Below are positions 37,370 to 48,439 of a DNA stretch of 64,000 nucleotides, in pieces. The position numbers were made by a program, and so were the translations under genes. Location: the UHGV virus genome UHGV-0073881, one strand, 5' to 3'. The stretch is from a virus. Each line of letters opens with the position of its first letter. The stretch's first letter is position 1. The notes under the pieces were generated by a model, which was not told the origin of the DNA, ran no database searches, and saw nothing but the letters and a program-made list of their open reading frames with translations.

Positions 37370-38010
37370 TGAAATCCCCTGTAACAAGAATGTCAGGGTA
37401 CGTTACTGAGTGTTTGGATGAATTTAAAAAGGAACTCTACACTGGTTTACCAGCTATTATTGTTTCCTATGATGCTAAAACACAATCTGCAACGGTAAGG
37501 CCATTATATTCTATTGATGGTCTTCCAATGCCAGAGATTACAGGTGTTCCAGTTCAGTTCCCTAGTGGTGGTGGAGCATCTTTAACGTTCCCTGTAAAGA
37601 CAAATGACAGATGCTGGTTAGCATTCTCTATGCTTCCACTTGATGACTATGTAGTTAATGACAAGAACGTACAGATGGAAACAAATCTAAGAAGAACACA
37701 TGATATGACTGACTGTGTAGCTTTTGTAGGTATCTGTACAAGAACTCAGAACTTTAATCCTGACCCAACAGCAGTCAGATTACACTACGGAGATTCAGTA
37801 TTAAGAATCACTGATGATGGTAATTTTTGGTTCACTGGTGATGTTCATATTTCTAAGAATCTTTACGTTGAAGAAGATGTAATTGCCAAAGGTGAAGTTC
37901 ATGGTTCAGATTTTGTCAGTGATACTACAGGTGTTAGTTTCAATGAGCATAACCACCATTATTACTGGACTGACGGTGGCGGTGAAGCTGATACAACAGA
38001 GGCACAATAA
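37369..38010 (+). CDS. baseplate spike/assembly protein V-like (putative)
   Basis: 213 aa; size and position. Confidence 0.4.
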
Positions 38011-38426
38011 TGAAGACAGATTTTGCAATTAACCTTGGTGGAGACTACGTAGCTAAAATGGGTTCAGACTCTGTTTACGTAGCCCACGGAGACTTAAAAA
38101 TTATTGGTAACCAAATTAGAATTATCCCTGAAGATGATAAAGCTACACAGGTTGCACAAAGATTACATATTAGATGTTTACTAAGGGCTGGAGAAGTATT
38201 CTTTAATACGTCTGCTGGATTCCCTTATTTGCAACTTGCTAAGTTCAAACAGAGAACATCAATTTTTGACAACTATATGAAAGGCTATCTTGTTGAAACG
38301 AGAGATGTGACAAACATCTACAATTATTCTTCAACAATCGATAGTGCCATGAGAAAAGTTTCAGTTAGCTTTAGTGCAACTACAACTGCTGATACTGTAG
38401 AAATTAATGAAGAGGTAAACATTTAA
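38010..38426 (+). CDS. baseplate wedge protein W/gp25-like (putative)
   Basis: 138 aa ORF between V-like and J-like ORFs. Confidence 0.4.
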   Translation: MKTDFAINLGGDYVAKMGSDSVYVAHGDLKIIGNQIRIIPEDDKATQVAQRLHIRCLLRAGEVFFNTSAGFPYLQLAKFKQRTSIFDNYMKGYLVETRDVTNIYNYSSTIDSAMRKVSVSFSATTTADTVEINEEVNI

Positions 38427-39895
38427 TGGCTGGATTAACTACAACTGGTTTGCAGACAAAAAGATATCAAGAAATCTTAGATGATATTAAAGAAAGACTA
38501 TACAGAGATATTTCACCTAACCTTGACGTATCTGAAGATAGCCAGCTTGGACTCTTCTTAGCTTCTGTTTGTAGAGCCTTGGCAGATGCACATGAAATCT
38601 TGTCAGAAATCTATGACGGTGGCACTATTGACAAAGCTGAGGGATTTAGCCTTGATGATGTAACAGCACTGAATGCTGTATACAGATATGTTGCACAAGC
38701 TACGAGAGGTCAGGCTGAGTTTACTGGTGCATCCGGTTCTCCAGTTCCATCTACAACAAGGCTGAGAAGTACAGCAGGTAATATTTTCTACCCTGTATCA
38801 ACATTTACGCTAACTCCGTCTTACTGCGTTGAAGCAAATTTGGAAGTTAACTCTTTACGTACTGACTCAAACTATGTTATTATTATTGATAACGTTGAAT
38901 ACTCATATCAACCAACAAGCTCAGATACTGTTACAACACTTTTACAGCACTTAGCAGACTCTATCAATGGTGGTCTCGTTGCTAAAGCGGAAGTTGTTAA
39001 TGATGGTTCTGTGTTGAAAATCTATAAAGACACTGGAGATATTGTTGCCAGAACAAACCCTATGGTTGTAACTGCAACAACCTTCTTGACATTCACAAAG
39101 ATTACTACAATTAATGATGTAGTGGCTGAACAGACAGGTGCTTTACCAACTCTGGCAGGAACACTTATTGAGATTGAAACAACTGTAGATGGTCTTGACG
39201 GTGTATTTAACAGGTATGACCTAGTAACTGGACGTGATGAAGAGTCTGATACAGAACTACGTCAGCGTTACCTAGAATCTTTAGCAGTTACTGGTGTGGG
39301 TACTTTAGATGCTATCGTTGCTGCTGTCAAGAGAGTTCAAGGTGTATCTGATGCTTCTGGTGTAGAAAATGACACAGAGACTACTTCTTCTGATGAGTTA
39401 CCTCCAAAGTCTTTCAAGATTGTCGTTGTAGGTGGTCAGAACGACAACGTAGCACAGGCTATCTGGGATGCTAAACCTGCTGGTATTAGAGCATACGGCT
39501 CTATCTTTGGAACAGCTTATGACTTAGGTGACTTACCACATAATGTCTACTTTAGCAGACCAATGCCTAAGTATGTTTTTGTCAAGGTAAAATACTCAAT
39601 GTACGATGAAGAATCTTTGAACATCCCTGAACAGGATATCCATGACAGAATTGTGCAGGGTATTAACGCTTATGGTAGAACCTTGAAAGTTGGTAATGAC
39701 GTTATCCCTAACAGAATCTATGGATATGTTTATGACGTTATCCAAGGTATTGAGATTAATGAAATCAAAGTAGCCTTGGCAAATAACCAATCAGTTCCTC
39801 CAGCAGATGACCAGTACACAACTGCAAGAATCACAGTTGATGGTGACCAGTATACCGTATGGGAAAGCAGTCAGTATACCATTACTAAGGAATAA
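38426..39895 (+). CDS. baseplate J-like protein (putative)
   Basis: 489 aa; position in coupled baseplate operon. Confidence 0.45.
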   Translation: MAGLTTTGLQTKRYQEILDDIKERLYRDISPNLDVSEDSQLGLFLASVCRALADAHEILSEIYDGGTIDKAEGFSLDDVTALNAVYRYVAQATRGQAEFTGASGSPVPSTTRLRSTAGNIFYPVSTFTLTPSYCVEANLEVNSLRTDSNYVIIIDNVEYSYQPTSSDTVTTLLQHLADSINGGLVAKAEVVNDGSVLKIYKDTGDIVARTNPMVVTATTFLTFTKITTINDVVAEQTGALPTLAGTLIEIETTVDGLDGVFNRYDLVTGRDEESDTELRQRYLESLAVTGVGTLDAIVAAVKRVQGVSDASGVENDTETTSSDELPPKSFKIVVVGGQNDNVAQAIWDAKPAGIRAYGSIFGTAYDLGDLPHNVYFSRPMPKYVFVKVKYSMYDEESLNIPEQDIHDRIVQGINAYGRTLKVGNDVIPNRIYGYVYDVIQGIEINEIKVALANNQSVPPADDQYTTARITVDGDQYTVWESSQYTITKE

Positions 39896-39898
39896 TTA

Positions 39899-40756
39899 AT
39901 GTTACAAAAAATTGACAACATCTATGAAAAGACGTTGGACGAGAGAACTGTAACACAATTCAAAGACAAGTTTATTTACACAAGTCTATTGAAATCTATC
40001 ACAGATGAGTTACAATTGATTGAGGATATTAGTTTTCAGTTATACACTGAACGTAATATTCGTACAGGTGTAGGCCAGCAATTAGATAACATTGGGGCTT
40101 TGATTAAAGTCCCTAGACCTATTGGTGCTACAGATGAAGCTTACAGAGCTATCCTATATATCCAAATCTTTCTAAGACGTTCTGACACAACTCCAACGTT
40201 TCTTCAAAGAGCTATTATGACTCTTTACAATGCTACGTTCAGTCAAATCTTTGAGCATATTACTCCTATGACTGGCGGTATTGTTATAAGAGTTAATACC
40301 AGAAACAACGTTGTAGATACAGCATACACACTTTCAAAGATTGCTGCAACAACTATTGGTTCAGCAGTTATCTTGAGAGATGTGACTTTGAATGGTACTG
40401 CATGGACACCTGTAGAGGTTGCTGACTCAGCTTTAGCAATCACTGATGACAAGAATAGCTGGTTCGTTACAGATAACAACAAAGGTCTTGTAACAAACAA
40501 CACAGGTGGCTCTCTTGAGGCAAACTTACTAGGAAGTTTAGCAGATGCTGGTGTAAAGGATGGCTACATGAGGGTTGATAAAACTGGTGGGAGTACCAGT
40601 AAAGACTACTTCAAAGTCTCTAAGACAGCAAACGGTAATGACTATTTCATTGCTGGTAAAGAAACAGTCGCAGGTGGTGATTACGGTGTAATGGCTGAGG
40701 TTGCACAAATCATCAAAGGCAGAAAAGATAAATCCCAACAAGAAGGAAGTTCATAA
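39899..40756 (+). CDS. baseplate/tail fiber attachment protein (putative)
   Basis: 285 aa; precedes tail fiber genes. Confidence 0.4.
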   Translation: MLQKIDNIYEKTLDERTVTQFKDKFIYTSLLKSITDELQLIEDISFQLYTERNIRTGVGQQLDNIGALIKVPRPIGATDEAYRAILYIQIFLRRSDTTPTFLQRAIMTLYNATFSQIFEHITPMTGGIVIRVNTRNNVVDTAYTLSKIAATTIGSAVILRDVTLNGTAWTPVEVADSALAITDDKNSWFVTDNNKGLVTNNTGGSLEANLLGSLADAGVKDGYMRVDKTGGSTSKDYFKVSKTANGNDYFIAGKETVAGGDYGVMAEVAQIIKGRKDKSQQEGSS

Positions 40757-41058
40757 TGGCAGATTTAAATTGGGCTACAGGCTCAGTAGATGCTGATGGT
40801 AACCAGCTTAAAGTATTACCACCACCAGAAGTTCAAGCAACTGGCCTTTTAAGGGGTGAACCTATGGGCCGTCAGTGGTTTAACTATATCTTAAACTACC
40901 TTCTGGTAAAAGTAAACGGGACGGTAGGTGAAGTCAAATCTTTTGCCACTGAACAACCTGATTTAGTTGAAAGTGGTTGGACGCTTATTAAAACAGAAAC
41001 AGGTACTGCAACAACATCGACAACAAACCTATACACATATGAATATGTAGGGAGCTAA
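40756..41058 (+). CDS. hypothetical protein (100 aa), possibly fiber-associated
   Basis: ORF track; coupled. Confidence 0.45.
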   Translation: MADLNWATGSVDADGNQLKVLPPPEVQATGLLRGEPMGRQWFNYILNYLLVKVNGTVGEVKSFATEQPDLVESGWTLIKTETGTATTSTTNLYTYEYVGS

Positions 41059-41060
41059 TA

Positions 41061-42269
41061 ATGGCAGTTGGTGAAATTCAAATTAGTGCATTACCTCAAG
41101 CCTCTCTACCAATCGGGCTTAGTGATATTTTTCACTTGAAGCAGGGTATTGAGGATAAAAGGTGTACACTAGAGCAATTACTTGCTCCACACGCATCTTT
41201 AAAGAATAACCCACACGAAGTTACAAAAAATCAGGTTGGTTTGAGTAGTGTTATTAACGCACTCCAATTAGTTGCTGCTAATAACTTGTCAGATGTTGTT
41301 AATGTTCAGGAAGCAAGAGCAAACTTAGGAATCCTTTCAAGTGACCAAGTTAATGCTCTTATTCAGACTCACATTGATGACAAGAATAACCCTCACAATA
41401 CTACGAAGGGTCAAGTTGGATTAGGTAACCTCCAGAACTGGACATACTCCAATTCATACTCTGAAGATGCTGACAAATATGCTACAGCAAGGGCTGTAAA
41501 CGCACTGTACAGGGCTATTCAGAATAGTTACCCGATTGGTTCTATTCACCTGACTGTGAACCCTGCAAACCCCACTACGTACCTTCTTTGTGGGGGTACT
41601 TGGGAACTTGTCTCTAAAGGTAGAGCACTTGTAGGTTATGATACAGATTCCAGACCAGTTGATTCAACATTTGGTAGTCAGAATGTGACATTGAACAGTA
41701 ACCACTTACCTGCTCACAGCCACTCAATTTACCTAACTGGTGGTACTCACAAGCATGGTAATAGTGTTTCTGTATCAAGCTTTGACTACGGAACAAGAAC
41801 TACAAGTGGTTTTGACTATGGCACAAAGGCTACTAGTGGTTTTGACTATGGAAGCAAATCAACGACTCCATTTGATTATGGAAACAAATCTACGGATTAT
41901 AGTGGCGACCATACCCATACGATTCCAGATTTTCCTGCTTATGAATGGAAAAATGCCACCGACAATGGTCGTTACAGAATGGGGATTAACACTAGAGATG
42001 GGGTAACAGGCTCATCCGGGAATCACGCGCATACAGTCTATATTGGTGCTCATAGCCATTCTGTGTATATCGGTGCTCACAACCACACACTTGATATCGG
42101 TGCTCACAACCATACTTTGGCAATTGGTGCTCACACACATACAGTAACTGTAGACATTGAAGATGCTGACCATACACACTCTGGTACAACTGGTAACACT
42201 GGTAGTGGACAAGCTTTTAGTGTGGAGCAACCTTCCTATGTAGTTTACATCTGGAAGAGAGTAGCTTAA
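41061..42269 (+). CDS. tail fiber protein with tandem FDYG repeats and His-x-His C-terminal repeats
   Basis: four tandem (S/G)FDYG(T/S)K repeats; C-terminal GAHSHSVYIGAHNHTLDIGAHNHTLAIGAHTHTV resembles metal-binding HxH motifs of T4-type fiber tips. Confidence 0.7.
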   Translation: MAVGEIQISALPQASLPIGLSDIFHLKQGIEDKRCTLEQLLAPHASLKNNPHEVTKNQVGLSSVINALQLVAANNLSDVVNVQEARANLGILSSDQVNALIQTHIDDKNNPHNTTKGQVGLGNLQNWTYSNSYSEDADKYATARAVNALYRAIQNSYPIGSIHLTVNPANPTTYLLCGGTWELVSKGRALVGYDTDSRPVDSTFGSQNVTLNSNHLPAHSHSIYLTGGTHKHGNSVSVSSFDYGTRTTSGFDYGTKATSGFDYGSKSTTPFDYGNKSTDYSGDHTHTIPDFPAYEWKNATDNGRYRMGINTRDGVTGSSGNHAHTVYIGAHSHSVYIGAHNHTLDIGAHNHTLAIGAHTHTVTVDIEDADHTHSGTTGNTGSGQAFSVEQPSYVVYIWKRVA

Positions 42270-42315
42270 TTATTTTTAAGGGGGCTGTAAAGCCCTCTAT
42301 TAAGAGGATTGATAA

Positions 42316-44664
42316 ATGGCTGAATACAAACTAAGTGAACTAAACAGTATTGATACAGTTCGCTCAGACGACCTATTACATTTGAGAGTTATTAAAAGAC
42401 CTGAAATGTTAGGTGACGAAGACCGTAAAATTACTTACGCAAATTTTCTAGCCTCATTTAGACTTGAAAGATTCCTGCAATTATCTGGTGGAACTATGAC
42501 AGGTAATTTGGGAATTGTGAAGTTAACTTACGGTGGAAAAGATTTATTTGACCCTACAAATTCTTCTGAAATTTCTATTGGGGATACTGCAAAGACTTTT
42601 AAAGTTAATGCAAATGGTCTTGCTTTAAAAGTTGCCGATGCAACAAGAACTGCATTTGTTTATCACACTCTGAATAAACCAAGCCCAGCAGATTTGGGTA
42701 TGAGAACAAATGCTGAAAATGATGCAAGATATGCTATTAAGAATGCAGATAACACCTTTGCAGCTAGGCAGATTGTTAATATCAACGGTGCTGGTATTAC
42801 CCTGAAAAGTATCTTCCCAGATGCTGGAGCATATTTTGAAGCAAGAGACTCTAACAATGCTTTGAGATTTACTGTAGGTAACTTGGATGCAAGTTCAGAT
42901 GTTACTTTAGTAAATAGCAAGGGTGCTAAGTTGACTCTTGGGACAAACGCTGTTAGTGTTGATAAGGATTTTGCAATTACTGGTCAAGTATTACCAAGTG
43001 ATTTGTCTAACTTCGATGCAAGATACTACACTCAGAATGCTGCTGACCAGAGATTTGCAAGACTGACTGCAAATAACACCTTCTCAGGTACTAACAATTT
43101 CACAAACTATCAGACAATCACTTCTGATGGGGCTTTGCTGAGATTGAAGCCAGCTACAGCAAATGGTGCAGTGTTTGTTCAAGCTTATGCAGGTTCTGGC
43201 TCAGAGTCTTGGTATCTTGGTCAACCTGACGGGACTAAGCAGGATGTTAACTTGTTTAACCAGATGACAGGTGCAACTATGAGACTCTCTACAGAGTTCT
43301 TCTTCAGTAAAGCACTAAACGTTACTGGACAGGTTAAGCCAAGTGACTACAACAACTTTGACTCAAGATACCTGCCAGCTTCTTTAGGTAGCACACTTGC
43401 TAGGACTAACTCTGCAAATACTTTTAATGGTATTCAGACTATCCTATCTGATGAAACTCCGCTTCTACTGAAGAATAATACACTTAATGCACCATTGTAT
43501 ATTTCAGGGATTAATGCAAACAACATTAGAAGATGGTATCTTGGTAATGGAGACCGTTACAATCCAGAATCCCTATTTTTGTCTAATGACACAACAGGTG
43601 CAGCGATTGTATTAAGTAACACCATTAATATGACTAAGACCATTAATGTTACTGGTCAGGTTCAACCAAGTGATTTGTCTAACTTTGATGCAAGATACTT
43701 CTTAAAAGGTTATTTCATTGGTCAATCAGTTATGACAAGAACGGTCAATGCTCTTGACAAACCAAACACTTTTGACATTAACTACGCAGGGTTTGTGAGA
43801 GCAAATGGTATGATTGATGGGTTAGGCTCTTTAGCTATTCATGTTCCACACTCTGCTGGTTGTGAGCATGGTAGAGGCATTAGTTTTGACTATGGAAGTG
43901 TGGGTTCGGGTCTTGGTCTAGGCACATATGCCTATGATGCAAGTGGTAATTACCGTGGTTCAGCAGAAATCTACACAACTGCCAGAAAACCAACAACTGC
44001 GGAGTTAGGTGTGTACAGTAAAGCAGAAACTGACCAGAGAATTGCAACAGCTATCACAAACTCAACAGACCTAAACAAGATTTACCCTGTAGGTATGGTT
44101 ACACTGTTTGCTTCTAATGTCAACCCTAACGTAGCCTTTGCAGGAACTACTTGGGCTTACTTGGCAAATGGACAGTTTAGAACTATCCGTATTGCATCGT
44201 CAACTGGTGAAGATGTTGGTTCGGTTGGTGGTTCAGATACTAAGAGTATTGCCGTTGGGCATCTTCCAAACCACACGCACAGTTTCTCAGGTACTGTATC
44301 GACATTTGACCACGGAACAATTGGTACTTCACTAAACGGTTGGCATGGTCACTCTGTGAGTGGCTCTACTGCTGCTGCTGGTGCTCACAACCACACATCA
44401 TTTGCACTTGGTTGGCAGAAGGGATGGGGTTTCCCAGCCGGTAACCAGAACATGGGTGAGTATGCAAAACCAACGTCAACTAATGGTGAACACGCTCACT
44501 CATTCTCCGGCACTGCTGCTGGCGATGGTAACCACACTCACACTGTTCCAGTTGGTGCTCACAACCATACTTTCAGTGGTAACACTGGTGGTACGGGTTC
44601 TGGTTCAGCATTTGACGTTACTAACGCATTCATTAAATTGATGGCATGGGTTAGAACTGCGTAA
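42316..44664 (+). CDS. long tail fiber protein with His-x-His C-terminal repeats
   Basis: 782 aa; repeated PSDxxNFDxRY motif three times; C-terminal HTHSFSG...GAHNHT...GEHAHSFSG...GNHTHTVPVGAHNHT. Confidence 0.75.
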   Translation: MAEYKLSELNSIDTVRSDDLLHLRVIKRPEMLGDEDRKITYANFLASFRLERFLQLSGGTMTGNLGIVKLTYGGKDLFDPTNSSEISIGDTAKTFKVNANGLALKVADATRTAFVYHTLNKPSPADLGMRTNAENDARYAIKNADNTFAARQIVNINGAGITLKSIFPDAGAYFEARDSNNALRFTVGNLDASSDVTLVNSKGAKLTLGTNAVSVDKDFAITGQVLPSDLSNFDARYYTQNAADQRFARLTANNTFSGTNNFTNYQTITSDGALLRLKPATANGAVFVQAYAGSGSESWYLGQPDGTKQDVNLFNQMTGATMRLSTEFFFSKALNVTGQVKPSDYNNFDSRYLPASLGSTLARTNSANTFNGIQTILSDETPLLLKNNTLNAPLYISGINANNIRRWYLGNGDRYNPESLFLSNDTTGAAIVLSNTINMTKTINVTGQVQPSDLSNFDARYFLKGYFIGQSVMTRTVNALDKPNTFDINYAGFVRANGMIDGLGSLAIHVPHSAGCEHGRGISFDYGSVGSGLGLGTYAYDASGNYRGSAEIYTTARKPTTAELGVYSKAETDQRIATAITNSTDLNKIYPVGMVTLFASNVNPNVAFAGTTWAYLANGQFRTIRIASSTGEDVGSVGGSDTKSIAVGHLPNHTHSFSGTVSTFDHGTIGTSLNGWHGHSVSGSTAAAGAHNHTSFALGWQKGWGFPAGNQNMGEYAKPTSTNGEHAHSFSGTAAGDGNHTHTVPVGAHNHTFSGNTGGTGSGSAFDVTNAFIKLMAWVRTA

Positions 44665-44750
44665 TCAACTTATTGACTAATTGTTAAGATGGTGTTAATA
44701 TTTCTTAGTAGGTATTCTCACCATCTTGGCTTAAGAAGTAAGGTGATTAA

Positions 44751-44945
44751 ATGCCAACTATCCTAGCAATCCTCTTAAAAAACCTTGGGGCATTCTTCTG
44801 GAAGCTTGCACTTTCTCTTCTAAGTGAATACATGATTGAAAAAGCATTCTTCAGACTTGCAAGATACCTTGCGAGTAAGACTGATACGCCTATCGACGAT
44901 GAATTTGTAGATAACTTGGAAAAAGCTTTTAAAGGTGAGAAATAA
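44751..44945 (+). CDS. hypothetical small protein (64 aa), possible membrane protein
   Basis: ORF track; hydrophobic N-terminal half. Confidence 0.45.
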   Translation: MPTILAILLKNLGAFFWKLALSLLSEYMIEKAFFRLARYLASKTDTPIDDEFVDNLEKAFKGEK

Positions 44946-45319
44946 TGAAGTGGTTAGAAGATGCTTTCAAGAATAATATCGGTGCAATTGTTGTAGGTAT
45001 TTTCAGTGTAATTGGGATGTACACTACAATGCAGGTCTCTGACGGAAAGCAAGAAGTTTCTATCAACACAAAGTTACAACAGTTGGATAGTTACTCAAAA
45101 GGTAACTATTCATCTATTCGTGATTTGCAGTCTGATATGAGACTTCTTCAGTTAGGTATGGAGAACCAGAAGGTACAGCTAGAGAACGTTAAGGGGGAAA
45201 ACGCTAAGTTGACCAAAACCCTTGATAAATTCTCAGATAGTGTGAACAACTTAGCACAGTCTGTATCAGCTTTACAAGCAATTACCGAACAAAATACACA
45301 AAGCACTAAGAAAAAATAA
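44945..45319 (+). CDS. hypothetical protein with N-terminal transmembrane helix and coiled-coil C-terminus (124 aa)
   Basis: IGAIVVGIFSVIGMYTTM hydrophobic segment, then Q/L-rich heptad-like region. Confidence 0.5.
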   Translation: MKWLEDAFKNNIGAIVVGIFSVIGMYTTMQVSDGKQEVSINTKLQQLDSYSKGNYSSIRDLQSDMRLLQLGMENQKVQLENVKGENAKLTKTLDKFSDSVNNLAQSVSALQAITEQNTQSTKKK

Positions 45320-45323
45320 TGTT

Positions 45324-45352
45324 AAGGCTCCCGTAAAAAGGAGCCTTTTTCT
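45324..45352. terminator. bidirectional rho-independent terminator between convergent blocks
   Basis: stem AAGGCTCC/GGAGCCTT, loop CGTAAAA, flanked by A-run and T-run. Confidence 0.6.
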
Positions 45353-45355
45353 TAT

Positions 45356-46255
45356 CTACTTACCAACTGACAAGGGAGCTTCAATCTTCCCTGCATGACG
45401 GTAATCTTTCAAGCCACCTATGAAGTCACTTGCAGTTTTATGTTTAATGTCTTCAAGGCATTTCAAGTCTTGAACAATCTCAAATTTAGGTGCTGGAAAC
45501 TCTTCATTACCTAGCAACTGGAAAACCTGAGACATATGGTTTTGATAAATTTGAGTATCCCCAAAAGTGCCTACCAAGTATCTTGGAGTGTACCCTGTCA
45601 TCTTACACAGAACATGCAAAATAAAACCATATGATGCAATATTAAATGGTAAACCTAAGAAGGTGTCACATGACCTTTGATACCATTTCAAATCCATCTC
45701 TCCAGTATTCGAAACATAAATCTGGAAAAGAACATGACAAGGTGCTAATGCCATAGAACCACTTGCAATATCTGCTGCATTCCAAGCATTAACCAGCATG
45801 TAACGGTCTGTAGGAGACTTTTTAACCTTATCAATAAGAATGTCTAACTGGTCAACTACAACGCCACCATGACCTTCTGAAGCCCTCCACTGGACACCAT
45901 AGATTCGTCCACCTGCATCTTCCAGCCAATCCTTCTCAGTCGCATAAGAAGTCTTCAACCAACGCTTGAAGTCATCTGTCCAGATAGTCCAACGTTCTCC
46001 GTCATTCTCTCCCCAAGTTCTGTATCGAAGAGTTCCAAGGGTGTTTTCACCATTTAAGAACCAAAGTGCTTCCCCAATTACCTGACGCATGAAGGTTTGC
46101 TTTGAAGTGATTAATGGGAATCCAGAACGCATATCAAAGCGAAACTCTGGTGGAGCAAAGGTGGTAACAACTTTACCAGTTCGTGTATCACGCTGCTCAC
46201 CGACTGTTAAAACATGGTTCAAAATATTCTTGTAACTTACATCTGCTTGTGACAT
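45356..46255 (-). CDS. thyA: thymidylate synthase (ThyA type)
   Basis: RDTRTGKVVTTFAPPEFRFDMRSGFPLITSK, active-site MALAPCH and YQRSCDTFLGLPFNIASY motifs. Confidence 0.9.
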   Translation of the reverse strand: MSQADVSYKNILNHVLTVGEQRDTRTGKVVTTFAPPEFRFDMRSGFPLITSKQTFMRQVIGEALWFLNGENTLGTLRYRTWGENDGERWTIWTDDFKRWLKTSYATEKDWLEDAGGRIYGVQWRASEGHGGVVVDQLDILIDKVKKSPTDRYMLVNAWNAADIASGSMALAPCHVLFQIYVSNTGEMDLKWYQRSCDTFLGLPFNIASYGFILHVLCKMTGYTPRYLVGTFGDTQIYQNHMSQVFQLLGNEEFPAPKFEIVQDLKCLEDIKHKTASDFIGGLKDYRHAGKIEAPLSVGK

Positions 46256-46256
46256 A

Positions 46257-46802
46257 TCAGAAACGTCCTCTTACTTGTGGAACATAAATGTTGAATACAA
46301 CGCTGTCATCCTTCGATGGTTTTGACTGTATTCTAGCAAAAGTTGACTCATCATACAAGTACTCAAAGAAACCCTTGTAAGGAAGCTTCACAGTTGCTTC
46401 TTCAGTCACTTCACGAATATATGTTTGACAAACTGCATCTGCATATGGTAAAGCTTGGATTAGAATGCTTGCCCCGCCAATTATACAAACATCTTGCTCG
46501 ATACTATTATCAAGATGTTTTAAGAATGCCCCAAAAGCGTCTGAATGAACCTTAGCAAACATTACATCTTCTCTACCAAAATCTATACCTTCATACGGTA
46601 ATGAGTTTGTCAGAACAATATTATCACGGTCTGGTAAAGGTTTGCTTCCAAGACTCTTGAAAGTGTCATTACCCATAACTACCAATTGACCTGTGGTAAT
46701 CTTTTTGAACTCTTGCATGTCTTGCTTATTACGAGGCCAAGGCATACCAGAAGGACAACCAAACTCCCCGTTAAGACCATTTGCAAAAACTAATTTAATC
46801 AT
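46257..46802 (-). CDS. folA: dihydrofolate reductase
   Basis: MPW ... VVMGNDTFKSLGSKPLPDRDNIVLTN pattern of DHFR; adjacent to thyA. Confidence 0.85.
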   Translation of the reverse strand: MIKLVFANGLNGEFGCPSGMPWPRNKQDMQEFKKITTGQLVVMGNDTFKSLGSKPLPDRDNIVLTNSLPYEGIDFGREDVMFAKVHSDAFGAFLKHLDNSIEQDVCIIGGASILIQALPYADAVCQTYIREVTEEATVKLPYKGFFEYLYDESTFARIQSKPSKDDSVVFNIYVPQVRGRF

Positions 46803-47071
46803 TGTGTGAACCCCTTTACAATAAACCAGTTAGCAATATTTTTAACAAATTTAACTGGGTGAAATACTAAATGTGGTTGTGGTTCATAACCACCATAAGC
46901 CCAGAAAGAGATAATGTTATTACAATCCGTGCAACGTGTATACTCTTCGGCTACATTACCTGCGACAATCTCTGTAATCTCACCTTGGAAATTTGTACCT
47001 CCACAATGTGGGCATTTTAAAGGTTCGCCGTCTTGACTGTAACAGTGTTCAAACTTCTCAAACAGTTTCAT
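46799..47071 (-). CDS. hypothetical zinc-ribbon protein (90 aa)
   Basis: CPHCGG ... CTDCNN cysteine pairs. Confidence 0.5.
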   Translation of the reverse strand: MKLFEKFEHCYSQDGEPLKCPHCGGTNFQGEITEIVAGNVAEEYTRCTDCNNIISFWAYGGYEPQPHLVFHPVKFVKNIANWFIVKGFTQ

Positions 47072-47589
47072 TTTTTGTTTACCTTAAAAGTTTGCTGGAT
47101 ATCAACTACGAAGTCTAAATCATCACACTCACTTGATAGGAAATCTTCAAAGTGTTTTGGTATAAAACTTAGGAAATCCATAGAACCCAAATCACCTACT
47201 AAGCGAATGTAATAATCGTTCTCGCAAGTTGCATTAACTAAATGCCGTCCTATGTATGGCTTCACAATATCTCTTATATCATCTACGAAGATATTCAAAA
47301 GAGCTTTGAAGGATTTAGGGTACTGAGTTCCTCCATACAAGTCAATGCTTGCTTCAGTCTTTACAGAGATTGATTTAGCATCTCTGAACTCAGTTGAGAA
47401 AAGATGAGCAGGGAGAATACAAAGTGAATCTCCAGTATCTTCATCAACCAACTCAATAGTTCCTGCATCATAGTTTGTTTCAATCAGTATTTCACCCTCT
47501 TGTATCTTTCTTGCTTCAAGGTGAGTTGTGATAATACCTCTCAGTATTGATGCTTCAGGGAGAAATAAGTTGATTCCTATTTTCTGCAT
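47068..47589 (-). CDS. hypothetical protein (173 aa)
   Basis: ORF track; coupled. Confidence 0.5.
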   Translation of the reverse strand: MQKIGINLFLPEASILRGIITTHLEARKIQEGEILIETNYDAGTIELVDEDTGDSLCILPAHLFSTEFRDAKSISVKTEASIDLYGGTQYPKSFKALLNIFVDDIRDIVKPYIGRHLVNATCENDYYIRLVGDLGSMDFLSFIPKHFEDFLSSECDDLDFVVDIQQTFKVNKK

Positions 47590-47590
47590 A

Positions 47591-48094
47591 TCAAACCTCT
47601 ACAAATGTTTGCTTCATGTTATCGTATGAATAGAATTTTATACACTTTTGAGTATTCCAGTCAACCTTTTCTTTGTAAGAAAGACCTTTTGAGATTCGCT
47701 TACCAAGAGTCTGATAGACGATATCTCGAAGCTTTCTGTACTCAGGTGCATCATCTAAAGCTTTTGCATCTGTAGTTGCCTTGTAACCGTCTATAGAACG
47801 TTGATTCCAATCCTGCTGAGTTGGTGACATTGGCTTGTAAAGCTGTGGCAGATGATTGTAAAGCATGTTACCTTCTTCTAAAGCAAGCTTCAGTTGGTGA
47901 AGGTACTCATTCAAACGACCATCCTCTTCAAGCCACTCATACAGAGACTGTAAAGCCCCTAGATTGTTGTTGTAATGGGCAGCACGTTTTACAGAACCCT
48001 TGTCAGTACGATAAGGTGACTTTGGAAGACTCAGTATCTGACCTTTCAAAACGTTGAATCCAAAGACCAAATCTATTTTCATGGGAAGAGACAT
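47591..48094 (-). CDS. hypothetical protein (167 aa)
   Basis: ORF track. Confidence 0.5.
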   Translation of the reverse strand: MSLPMKIDLVFGFNVLKGQILSLPKSPYRTDKGSVKRAAHYNNNLGALQSLYEWLEEDGRLNEYLHQLKLALEEGNMLYNHLPQLYKPMSPTQQDWNQRSIDGYKATTDAKALDDAPEYRKLRDIVYQTLGKRISKGLSYKEKVDWNTQKCIKFYSYDNMKQTFVEV

Positions 48095-48438
48095 TTGATA
48101 TCCTCATTTTTAAAAGTGAATGTTGTGTAGATAGTACCTTCAACATCTAACCAGATAGCAGTGGCATCCACACCATCAAGGTTATTGAAAAGTTCTTTGA
48201 TGAACGAGTTACGAATATCCTTTGCACAGGTTGTCTCAAGTTTAATGTTTGAGATTGCTGAACCAATTGCCATATAGCCTTTGACACGATTCTTCTCAGA
48301 ATGCTTGATATCACCTTTCTGTAGTTTAGCAATCATCTCTACAAGAATCTCATGCCCCCATACCTTCTCAGCCTCTGTAGGCTTACTATAAAAACCAATT
48401 GCAAAGTTACCTTTAAAGATTGCATTTTCACGTTTCAT
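48079..48438 (-). CDS. hypothetical protein (119 aa)
   Basis: ORF track. Confidence 0.5.
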   Translation of the reverse strand: MKRENAIFKGNFAIGFYSKPTEAEKVWGHEILVEMIAKLQKGDIKHSEKNRVKGYMAIGSAISNIKLETTCAKDIRNSFIKELFNNLDGVDATAIWLDVEGTIYTTFTFKNEDIKCLFP

Positions 48439-48439
48439 A

